Source of the DNA: Mobula hypostoma
Lineage: Eukaryota
DNA length: 64,000 bases
Assembly (NCBI RefSeq): GCF_963921235.1
Contig: NC_086097.1
Coordinates: 56,546,001 to 56,610,000, forward strand
Reading direction: 5' to 3'
Below are positions 1-10,725 of this stretch, in pieces (within the stretch, counting starts at the first letter, position 1; each line of letters begins with the position of its first letter). The notes under the pieces were generated by a model. The model was given only the letters and a program-made list of their open reading frames with translations. It was not told where the DNA came from and did no database searches. The position numbers and the translations under genes were made by a program.

Positions 1-430
1 ATCACCAAAGACGCCCACCATCTAGACCATGCCCTCCTCACGACTACCTTCAGGTAGGAGGTACAGGAACCTCAGGTCCCACACCACCAGTTTCAGGAAC
101 AGTTATTACCCATCAACCATCAAGCTCCTAAGCCAGCATAGATAACTTCAGTTAGCTTTAACACTGAACTGTTTCCACATCCTATGAACTCCCTTTCAAG
201 GACTCTACAGCTTAATTCATGTCCTCAATATTATTTATATATTTTTTTCATTATTTGCATAATACATCCTCTTTTACATGTTGGATGTTGCCAGTCTTTT
301 TTATGTAGAGTTTTTCATGAATACCATTGCATTTCTTTATTTTCCTGTAAGTGCCTGCAAGAAAATTAACCTCAAGGTAGAATATGGTGACATTAATCTA
401 GTTTGATCACAAATTTACTTTGACTTTGTG
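1..430 (+). mobile_element. 3' end of a Rex1/Babar-like LINE
   Basis: Encodes an LPSGRRYRNLRSHTTSFRNSYYPSTIKLL-like C-terminus and ends aaatttactttgactttg. The same family occurs at about 11045-11417, 21405-22220 and 22850-23470. Confidence 0.75.
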
Positions 431-794
431 TAATAAATAAATTGGTTTAATAAAAAGATGCAAAATATGTTAAAGAATGTAATAAATAATGTTAACAGAA
501 GCAGAAATTATACTGCAATGCCAACCATCTAATTTTCAATCTTTTAATTTACAAGTGCCATCCTCAGAATGCCGAGGTTCTTGAATATAGGTGAGCTGAG
601 GCTTTAGCTGTAGAAATCAGTCACTCTGAGTTTGCAAGAACATATTTGAGGGTGAGAGAGGAAAGCCTCAGAGAGTTTTCAAAAAGTGGCCTAAGGTATC
701 TAACCTTATCTGTTTCTAGAGATTGCTCAGCTGGGAAGGAGAAGAAGGAGTTAAGAGTTTGTTCGAAGGTGACAATGACAAATTAGTTTTGTGT

Positions 795-1005
795 CTGGAG
801 GAACTTGGCAAGCCAAGCAGCATCTATGGAAAAGAGTAAAGAGTCAACATTTCAAGCCGAGACCTTTCATCAGTCCTGAAGAAGGGCCTCAGCCCGAAAT
901 GTCGACTGTTTACTCTTTTCAATAGATGCTGTCTGACCTGCTGAGTTCCTCCAGCATTTTGTACATGTTGCTTTGGATTTCCAGCATCTGCAGATTTTCT
1001 CATGT
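795..1005. mobile_element. Palindromic non-autonomous Penelope-derived element
   Basis: 795-873 is an imperfect reverse complement of 876-954, and each arm begins with a hammerhead core. Relatives lie at about 11418-11550 and 12546-12770, with a single arm at about 9126-9330. Confidence 0.75.
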
Positions 1006-1695
1006 TAATTTTCTGTCTGGTTGGAGTAGGTTCAATTAGAAGCCTTTTTATGTGGGTATGTGACATCAATAACAAGTTTCTATAATGCATAACCTGCAGC
1101 TGTTGTGTTCTGGAGCATTAATTCTGTCTCTTTCTCAGTACAGATCATTGCTTTCTTTCCCTACAGATTCATAAAATAAGACTGTTCTGATGCTCCAAGA
1201 CATTTCGCTGAATGGGACTGATGTGATGCTTCAAAACATTTCCCTGAATGAAGCCTATCCTCCTTCATATTCACTGCCGCTGTCAAGGGGAAGGCGAAGA
1301 TTGAATACAGGTGCAATACTATCAGATACAGAGAGACATGTGAATTGGGTGTTGAATGTCAAGACATTAAGCATGAGTGAACTCAACAACCAGATACATG
1401 ACCTGATAATCATTTGGCTTTTTCTCACCCTCAGTGTGTCCTTCTGATAAATTCTGCCAATCCTAACTCCCAACTAAGTTCAACAGTCCATCACAGTGTT
1501 CTCAAGAGTACGCGGAAGAGGTCAAGACCAGGGCCCAGACACACTAGTGATGTGTGATTAAATGCACTAGTTGCACAGTTAACAGTTTAACTTCCTAGCT
1601 GTTAGTTCATGACAAATATCAAGTGCATTCCAACTGTTGAATATGGTGAGTCACCTCTTCTCAGTCTAGCTATTAAAATTAATTATCTCTTAGCA

Positions 1696-2743
1696 AAGAA
1701 AGAGGTGGCTGAAGAGATGCTGGAGGCATTAGTATTGATCTTTCAAGAATCACTAGGTTCTGAATGGTTCTAGAAGACTGGAAAATTGCAAATGTCACTC
1801 CACTCTTCAAGAGGGAGAGAGGCCAGAAGAAAGGAAGCTGTAGGCTAGTTAGTCTGACCTCAGTAGTTGGGAAGATGTTGGAGTCGATTATTAAGGATGT
1901 GGTGTGCGGGTACTTGGAGGCACATGATAAAATAGGCCGTAGTCAGCATAGTTCTCGCAAGGGAAAAACTTGCCTGATAAATCTGTTGGAATTCTTTGAA
2001 GAAATAACAAGCAGGACAGACAAAGGAGAATTGGTTGAGATTGTGTACTTAGATTTTCAGAAGGCCTTTGACAACATGCCATATATGAGGCTGCTTAACA
2101 AGCTACGAGCCCATGGTATTACAGGAAAGATTCTAGCATGGATAAAGCAGTGGCTGACTGGCAGGGGGCAAAGAGTGGGAATAAAGGGAGACTTTTCTGG
2201 TTGGCTGCCAGTGACTAGTGGTATTCCACTGGGGTCTGTGTTGGGACCGATTTTTTTTAATCTTATATGTTGAATGATGGAACTGATGGCTTTCTTGCAA
2301 GCTTTGCAGACAATATGAAGATAGATGGAGGGGCAGGTAGTTTTGAGGCAGTAGAGAGGCTACAGAAGGACCTGGACAGTTTAGCAGAATGGGCAAGGAA
2401 ATAGCAGGTGGAATACAGTGTTGGGCAGAATGTTCTAGAACAGAGAGACCAAGCACAAAATTTCTCTGAAACTAGACAGGGTGACAAAGAAGGAGTTTGA
2501 CATGTTTACCTTTGTCATTCAGAACATTCACTACAAAAGTTGAGACATCATACAATAGCCATATAAGACATTGATGAGACCACACTGGAGTACCACGTGC
2601 ATGTTTGGTTGCTTTGCTATACGAAGGATGTCATTGATCTGAAATGGGGACAGAAAAGGTTCACATGAAAGGGCTTCAATTATAAAAAGAGACAAGATAG
2701 ATTGGGAACTTTTTCCATGAACGGTGAACTTACAGGGGTATAA
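1696..2743 (+). mobile_element. Degenerate CR1 RT fragments
   Basis: EDWKIANVTPLFK, SLTSVVGK, LDFQKAFD and GIPLGSVLGP. The CR1 sequence resumes at about 4004 after nested inserts. Confidence 0.88.
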
Positions 2744-2744
2744 G

Positions 2745-3065
2745 CACTATGGTAGCGTCGTGGTTAGGGGCTCCAAGGTAGTGTAGTGGTCAGGGTGACG
2801 CTATTAAAGCTCGGTGCATCGGAGTTCACAGTTCAATTCCAACATCATCTGTCAGGAGTTAGTACGTTCTCCCCGTGGAATCCATGGGTTTCCTCCAGGT
2901 GCTCCAGTTTCTTCCCACAGTCCAAAGACATACCAGTTAGTAGGTTAATTGGTCATTGTAAATTGTCCTGTGATTAGGCTTGGGTTAAATCGGGAATTGC
3001 TGGGTGGTGCGGCTCGAAGGGCCGGAAGGGCCTACTTGGCTCTGTGTCTCAATAAACAAATAAAT
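2745..3065 (+). mobile_element. tRNA-derived V-SINE (HE1-like)
   Basis: A/B-box-like head, V-domain gggtttcctccaggtgctccagtttcttcccacagtccaaagac, and an A-rich tail. Confidence 0.8.
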
Positions 3066-3071
3066 TATAAG

Positions 3072-4003
3072 TACATCTTTCTCTCCCCCCCCCCCCTCAC
3101 TTTCCTCAGGGATCGCTCTCTACGTGACTCCCTTGTCCATTCGTCCTCCCAATCCCTTCCCACCAATCTCCCTCCTGGCACTTATCCCTGTAAGCGGAAT
3201 AAGTGCTACACATGCCCTTACACTTCCTCCCTCCCCACCATTCACGGCCCCAGACAGTCCTTCCAGGTGAGGCAATACTTCACCTGTGAGTCAGCTGGGG
3301 TGATATACTGCATCTGGTGCTCCCAATGCAGCCTTCTATATATTGGCGAGACCCGATGCAGGCTGGGAAACTGTTTCGCTGAACACCTACGCTCTGTCCG
3401 CCAGAGAAAGCAGGATCTCCCAGTGGCCACACATTTTAATTCCACGTCCCATTCCCATATGTCAATCCATGGCCTCCTCTACTGTCAAGATGAAGCCACA
3501 CTCAGGTTGAAGGAACAACACCTTATATTCCATCTGGGTAGCCTCCAACCTGATGGCATGAACATTGACTTATCTAACTCCCCTTTGTACCCCATCCGTT
3601 ATTTATTTATTTTTTATTATTAATTTTTCTTCTCTCTCCTTTTTCTCCCTCTGTCCCTCTCACTATACTCCTTACCCATCCTCTGGGCTTCCCCCTCCCC
3701 CTTTCTTTCTCCCTAGGCCTCCTGTCCCATGATCCTCTCATATCCCTTTTGCCAATCACCTGTCCAGCACTTGGCTCCATCCCTCCCCCTCCTGTCTTCT
3801 CCTATCATTTCGGATCTCCCCCTGCCCCGCCCACTTTCAAATCTCTTACTATATCTTCTTTCAGTTAGTCCTGACGAAGAGTCTCGGCCCGAAACGTTGA
3901 CTGTACTTCTTCCTAGAGATGCTGCCTGGCCTGCTGCGTTCACCAGCAACTTTTTTGTGTGTTGCTTGAAATTCCAGCATCTGCAGATTTCCTCGTGTTT
4001 GCA
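3072..4003 (+). mobile_element. Penelope-like element, 5'-truncated, with GIY-YIG endonuclease and terminal repeat
   Basis: VIYCIWCSQCSLLYIGETRCRLGNCFAEH (GIY-YIG with a CxxC insert). A 10-bp TSD AAATTATAAG sits at 3062-3071 and 4004-4013. Confidence 0.9.
3866..3903 (+). ncRNA. Minimal type I hammerhead ribozyme motif in the Penelope terminal repeat
   Basis: TAGTC-CTGACGA-AGAGTCTCGGCCC-GAAAC-GTT-GACTG gives stem I, the CUGANGA core, stem II, GAAA, a palindromic ACGT stem III and an NUH triplet. Confidence 0.7.
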
Positions 4004-6605
4004 AAATTATAAGGGGCATGGATTAGGTGAATGGTCACAATTCCTTTTTCTGGATAGGGGAGCCCAAAACTAGTGAGCATCGATTCAAAGTGAGACATGG
4101 AAGATTTAAAGGAGATGTGAGGGGCAACCTTTTCACACAGCAGTTAGTAGATATGTGGAATGACCTGCTGTGCGAATTGGTAGCGGCTGGTACAGTTATA
4201 ACTTTAAAAGATGTTCAGACATGGATAGGAAACATTGAGGGAGATACGGAAAAATATAGGCATGCAGGACCAGCTCAGGTAGGCAATATGGTTGGCATTT
4301 GAAGGGTCAGACTTTGTCTGTGTGACTCTTAGACTAATATGACTTAATCATGGTGGCTAACCTGGGGAAACTAGGAATATTATGAAGAGGTCTGATCTCC
4401 ATACTTAAATGGGCTGAGTGCAAGAATGGTGACCAGATTAGTTCCAGGAAATGAAGGTTTACTATATGATGAGATATCAAGCAGACTAGATCTGTACTTC
4501 GCTGAGTTTAGAAGAATGAGAAATGATCTCATTGATATACACAAAACGTTTATGGGGCTAGACAGTGTAAGGGTGGAGTTGATATTTTAGCCTTCAAGAT
4601 GGTCTATGACCAGGGAGCAGAGGCTCAAAGTAAGGTTTTGTTTGTTCAGGATACAGATGAGAAGAAGTTTCTTCACCCAGAGGAGAGTAAATCTTTGACA
4701 TTCACCACTCAAAGGGATTGTGGAGGATTAATCACTGAGAATAAGCAAGACAGATATCAGTGGATGCTTAAATCTTATGAGGAACAAGAGATATGGGTTG
4801 TTGCAGAGAAGTAGCACTAAGGTAAAAGATCAGCCCTGATCACAAAGAGTGTCAGAGCTGGCATGATGGCCCATTCCTATTTTTATTTTTTAGATTGTTA
4901 TGCAGTCAGAATGGCCATTATTAGCATGTGTTCAAAGTACTAGCTTTGTCCCAGCAATGAACACTTAACCAATAGAACCAGAAAACAACATCCTTTGAGA
5001 AATGGTATTATGGCACACAGCGTGAGGTGAAACAATTGATTTTTCTATTAAAAGTTGGGCTATCTGCAATCAAATTAAACTAGGAAGGTAAAATTACAAT
5101 TCTAAAATGGACCACAATGTAGTAAGGGCCTGTTCCAAGCATTAAATTCAAATTCACAATTTACTCTTCTGTAAAACTCCAACATAGATATAGTCACCAC
5201 TACCAACAGGATGCACTGGGTACTCACATTCCAATTAATAAGTGACATTAATATGAATTAATGTAAAGCAAAAGCCACCGTTTTGTACTGATTCTTCAAA
5301 TTAGCTTAATGGGTTGGAAACTGAAGAAGAAATCAGTGATCTGCAGTTAATCTTAAAGGTAGCAAATGAATTTAGTCTGTGATGGAAAGGAAAATGATGT
5401 AGTTGATGAGGAAAAAATAAAGTTAATTGTACTAAAATTCTTAATTGCTCAGGATTGTTAGGGCAGGTGTTGAGGCTGTTCCATCTTGCTGGATTGTCAA
5501 GGAAGTATCATTTTAGGATGAAGGATCTGTTACTTAGAACAGAAATAAGGAGAAATTATTTTACCTAGAGCATTATAAATCTTTTGAATTATCCACCTCT
5601 AAGGGACAGGACATAGCATGTAGAACAGTACAGCACTGTAAAGGACTGTTGCCCATAATGTTGTGCCAACCTTTTAACCTACTCCAAATTAATCCTCCCA
5701 CAGGGCCTCCATTTTATCTTTCAACCATGTGCATAGTTAAGAGTCTCTGAAATGTCCTTAATGTATCTGTCTCTACCACAATATCCTGCAGTGCGTTCCA
5801 TGCATTCCCCATTCTCCACTCTGTATAAAAAACTTAACCCCTTATACTTTCCTCCAATCACTTTACAGTATGTCCTCTTGTATTAAACATTGCTGCTCTG
5901 GGGAGAAAGGCACTGCCTTCCCACTCTATTTATGCCTCTGTGCAACCTTTCCTCATAAGACATGTTCTCTAATTCACACAGCATCCTAGCAAATCTCCTT
6001 TGCAACCTCTCTAAAGCTTCCACATTCTTCTTACAGTATAAAGAGGCAAGAAGAACTGAACACAATATTCCTACTGTGGTCTGTCCAGAGCTTTATAGAT
6101 CTACATCATTATCTCTTGGCTCTTGAAGTCATCCATCCTCCCCAACTAATGAAGGCCAATAACACCAACATTTTCTTAACCACACTATCAAACTTGCATG
6201 GCAACTTTGAGGGATTTAAGAACTTGGATCCTAAGAACCCCCTATTCCTCCACCCTGCTAAGAATCCTGGCACTAACCTTGTACTCTGCTTTCAAGTTTG
6301 TCCACCCAAAGTGTATCACTTTATGATTTTCTGGATTGAACTCCATCTGCCATTTATCAGCCCAGCTCTACTTCCTGTCAATGTCCCATTTTAACTAGAC
6401 AACCTTCTACAATATCCACAACATCACCAACCTTTGTGTCATCTACAAACTTGCTCACTCAGCCTCGACTTCCTCATCGAAGTCATTTATAAAAATCACA
6501 AAAAGCAGCAGTCTAACAACAGATCCCTGTAGAACTCCACTAGTCATGGTCCTCCAGACAGAATACGTTCCATCTACTACCTCTCACTCCCTTCTGTGGG
6601 CAAAT
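4004..6605. mobile_element. Cluster of degenerate CR1 3' fragments (plus strand 4004-4890 and 5430-5610; minus strand 5612-6605)
   Basis: Translations such as HRFKVRHGRFKGDVRGNLFTQ and EALERLQRRFARML, with CR1-like 3' UTRs. About 4900-5420 is unique sequence. Confidence 0.75.
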
Positions 6606-7171
6606 GTGGATGGAATTGAAATAATTCTGAACACTGAAGTTATCAGCGGATGCGGGGATTAGGCAGGAATGTGCTTAAAACATGGGGCCTACCATCATCA
6701 TGCTGAACAGCTGAGCAGCTTGTGAAGCTGAATGGCTCAGGCTTGCCTTTTGTTCTTCTTAACAGAAACAGTTCAATACATAAAGACGAAAACATATGAA
6801 ACAAAATAATTAGGGGAGATATATAGTTAAACTGCATACCACAAAGGATATGCAGTCATAATGTTGGTTTAACAAACATGGAGCTCGAGACACTGTGATA
6901 CAAACGGCCGCAGCTAGAGATGGTTTATAACATTAACCCTGGCAAATGGTTTATGTTCATTGTTCTCCAGCTTAATATCCCAGGTTTTATCTGGTCTTCA
7001 GAAAATGATGTTCTGAAAGCAAGCTAGACAAATTCCAAACCATTTACACAATAAGTTTATTTAGTTTTTTTTGTGATACCTTCAAATCGCTAAACATTAA
7101 CAGTGCACAGTATTGCTCTACTATGGGACAGAGTGATAGAGTATAGTTTCAGACCCATAATCCCAATCAAC

Positions 7172-7470
7172 ATTTTTATTTTGTTTTATTTATTCCGCGA
7201 TACAGCGCAGAATAGGCCCTTGCAGCCCTTCGAGCCACGCCGCCCAACAACCCATGATTTAACCCTAGACTAATCACAGGACAACTTATAATGACCAACT
7301 GACCTAGCAACTGGTACGTTTTTGGACTGTGGGAGGAAACCAGAGCACCCGGAAAAAAAGCACGCATTCCCACAGAGAGGACATACAGACCCCTTACAGA
7401 GGATGCTGAGATTGAACTCCAAACTCTGACGCTGCGAGCTGTAATCGTGTTGCACTAACCACCACACTAT
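7172..7470 (-). mobile_element. V-SINE (HE1-like)
   Basis: Reverse complement of the 2745-3065 family. More degenerate copies lie at about 49255-49455 and 57540-57685. Confidence 0.8.
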
Positions 7471-7550
7471 TTGCCCCTTACCTTTTACTGTGGTAGGAAC
7501 TGTCAGCCATGACAATGGAGACCAACGCCACTTACAGAAATGTTGATGAG

Positions 7551-8987
7551 CATGGTTCCCTCTAAGCTGTGTGTGTGTGTGTGTGTGTGTGTGTGCACAC
7601 ATCTTTTTCAACCAGCGCACAAAGGAAATTAATGTGCGCACAAAAGGTTAGTTACCTAAAATAATGTAGTAATTAATAATTATACTTATTGAAAATAATC
7701 TTTTAGCTAACTGTTTCTGTTAACTAGTTAGTCAGTTTTTCAAATACCACAATGCACATCGCTAATTTACGTCACCTCACCTTTCCTGTTCCGGTTTGTA
7801 CAGCTGCATCACGGTGGCAGCCACGTTTGGCGGACAGTGTTCATATCGTAAAGTTTACAAAGATTTGTTTCAAATCCTGTAGATAGCTTACTAAGTTTTT
7901 ATTGAAAAAAGTATTGATTCACTATGTCGAATTCAAAAGAAGCGAAGGGCGTGAAGCGCAAAAGAATTGCAAATTTGTTTAAAGTTGAATGGCTTAACAA
8001 AATAGTAGAAACTGCTACACCGAAAGCTCATAAGGTCATGAACATTCAGCTACAAGAAGTATTTATGTATGATTCGGAAACTGGAGTTATCTGTTTGTAT
8101 TGACGTGATGCGAAAGTTGCTGGAGAATTTGCTAGTGGAAAGAAGTGGGATGATATTTGGAAACTTAACTTTTTGAAGCGTCAGTTGGCAAGTAAATTTG
8201 GATGGTGTGCAAAACCTCAGGCAGCAGAACCCGTCATTACCCGTTACAGGAGTGCTACGCATGTTACGGTTGAGTGCAGATGAGCAAGAGCGAGACCGAA
8301 AGCAATCAAACCCAGAGGAGATCAATGTTGAGGTACAAGAATGGTCAGCTTTTGATTTCTCCGCAATTGCAGATTGTGACTTCACATTTGGCAATGAACA
8401 AGTTAATGCCTTATGTCTAAAATATCATGATTTTCTAGCTGAAAATACTGTAATAGTTAGACAGTTTAATGATTTCAAATTTTCCACACAAGAAAAAATT
8501 AAATCCAAACTGATTTCAAACTTTGCTCAAATGGTAGCATTTGTACTTCAAAATGAACAGTTTTGCGACTTTGCACAGTTGATGGATATCGGGGAACCTT
8601 TCTTGCGTCTAGTGTGGACTGTAAGTGAGGTTTTAGCCTAATGAATCAACTCAAAAACAAGCTGAGAAACCGTTTAGGTGAATGTCATTTGGATATGTTA
8701 ATGTGAATCAAAAGCTATCAATTGGATGGAAGTTCTATTAGTCTAGATAGAGTTTACAAAGAATGGGTAAATGCCAAAGATAAGAGAGAGAAAAAATAAC
8801 TGAGAGACTTAAATATGTATGTTATTTTTCTTGTTATTCTGTGCAGTTTTATGTCAAATATTCTGTAAACCTACATAAACTGTGCCATGTGTGCATTCAG
8901 TGCGCATATACTTTTGTCACAGGAAAAAAATTCGCACAACGTAAGATTTTTGCGCACACTGACTACAAAAAATTAGAGGGAACATTG
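7551..8987 (+). mobile_element. Internally deleted hAT DNA transposon
   Basis: TIRs CATGGTTCCCTCTAA and TTAGAGGGAACATTG. 8-bp TSD TTGATGAG / CTGATGAG. Transposase N-terminus from ATG 7924 (MSNSKEAKGVKRKR..FKVEWL) and a C-terminal dimerisation-like GFSLMNQLKNKLRNRL. Confidence 0.88.
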
Positions 8988-9434
8988 CTGATGAGAGGTT
9001 TGGGACAGAATGGGTTGCTTGAAAGCCCCTTTGAGACCTCTGTACATGATGAGGACAGGCCATTACAAAAGGATAGAAACACTCTAAAAAGAAAGTCTCA
9101 CAAAAAGCATGCTGGTGATTCAAAAACACGAGAAAATCTGTAGATGTTGGAAATCCAAAGCAACACACACAAAATGCTGGAAGAACTCAGCAGGCCAGGC
9201 AGCATCCATGGAAAAGAGTACGTTTCTGGCTAAGACCCTTCCTCAGCACTGGAAAAAAAGTTGAGAAATCAGAGCAAGCAGGAGAGGGGAGAGGAGGAAG
9301 AAGTACAAGGTGGTAGGTGAGAGGTGAAACCAGGACAAAATTTGTGAGTGAATGAATTCTGCCACATTTATAGGACACCTCAGTTGTGACAAATTCGAGT
9401 TTATAGCCTTGAATGTATGTTTTAATGTAAAACA

Positions 9435-10020
9435 AATAATATGTAATAATTTATTTATATAGCACCTTTCATACTTTAAGATGCAAGCTCAAAGTGCTTT
9501 ACATAGATTGTACAGATAAATCAATAAATCAAAAAAAAGACAAATTTAAAAAGCATAAGTAAAGGCTAACATTATATAGAAGAAATTGTAATCAAATATA
9601 CAAAATTATATAAATGTAATCAACATCAATAAGCATTAAGTAATCCTACAAGTAGGCCAAATTTAAAAAGTAGGTTTTTAGAAGTGTTTGAAATGTTCCA
9701 CAGTACTAACTTAGTCAGTAGAGTATATCACATTTTTGGTACAGAAAAGCAAAAGGGCACATCACCATATCTTATATGGTTGGCTCTAGGAACACTAAGT
9801 ACACCAGTATTCGCTGATCTAAGTTTACAAAGGGGTGAGGCACTCCAAAATATATGGAGGAGCTGGATTACTCAAAGTTTTATATACAATTACGAGTATT
9901 TTAAATTGATCCTAAAGATCACAGGCAGCCAGTGAAATGTGCTCAGATTTTCTTTTTTTGGTCAAGATTTTTGCTGCTGCATTTTGAACAAGTTGTAGCT
10001 GATTTATATCTTTATGAATA
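9435..10020 (-). mobile_element. L2 LINE 3' fragment
   Basis: LQLVQNAAAKILT...EHIS, and an L2-type 3' end (tgtaaagcactttgag...gctatataaataaa). Confidence 0.75.
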
Positions 10021-10109
10021 TGATGTATTAATATAATTCTAATTTCCTCAATTAATCCTATAAATAGAAGAAACATACAATAACAACACACACAAAATGA
10101 ACCAGTCCA

Positions 10110-10370
10110 TCTCGACACATTGCAAATCATAGTCAAGGATTTCAATCAGGCTTGCTTGAAGAAATTCTTGCCCAATTACCATCAGCATATAACCTGTAGC
10201 ACCAGAGGTCCTAACACACAAGGACACTGTTATGCTAAGATAAGGGATGCCTACCATTCCGTGCCCAGACTGCCTTATGGTAAATCTGATCACTTGGCTG
10301 TCCTTCTCCTACCTGCACACAGGCAGAGGCTAAAGAGCAAAGCTCCAGAGATTCGGACAGCAAAGACGAG
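10110..10370 (+). mobile_element. Rex1-like endonuclease fragment
   Basis: DFNQACLKKFLPNYHQHITCSTRG...GKSDHLAVLLLP. Confidence 0.7.
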
Positions 10371-10379
10371 ACAGAGGAA

Positions 10380-10725
10380 CCCTGGTCTCTCAGTCACTTG
10401 GAGTTCTGTGGTCTCTTAGTCTCTCGGGGCTCCTGAACACTTAGTTTCTTGGGGGTCCCTGATCTCTCAGTTTCTTGGAGTTCCCAAGTCTCTCTGCCTC
10501 TTGAAGTCCCCAAGTGTCTCTGCCTCTCAGGATTCCCATGTCTCTCTGCCTCTTGGAGTCCCCAAGTCTCTCAGGGTTTCCATGTCTCTCCACCTCTTGG
10601 GGTTCCCATCTCTCTGCCCCTCAAGCTCCGCAAGTCTCTCTACCTCTCAATGTCCCTCTCGAGTTCCCCAGGTCTCCCTCTCAAGTTCTCCATGCCTCCC
10701 TCTCAAGTTCCCCGGGTCTATCAAG
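10380..10725. repeat. Degenerate pyrimidine-rich minisatellite (unit about 22-27 nt)
   Basis: Repeated units like gtctctctgcctcttggagtccccaa. Confidence 0.8.

Noticed and set aside
1188..1251. Two-copy tandem duplication of about 36 bp
   Set aside because: Isolated local duplication with no sign of function.
2745..2860. tRNA-like sequence with A/B boxes
   Set aside because: It is the SINE head (with a partly duplicated A box), not a foldable tRNA gene.
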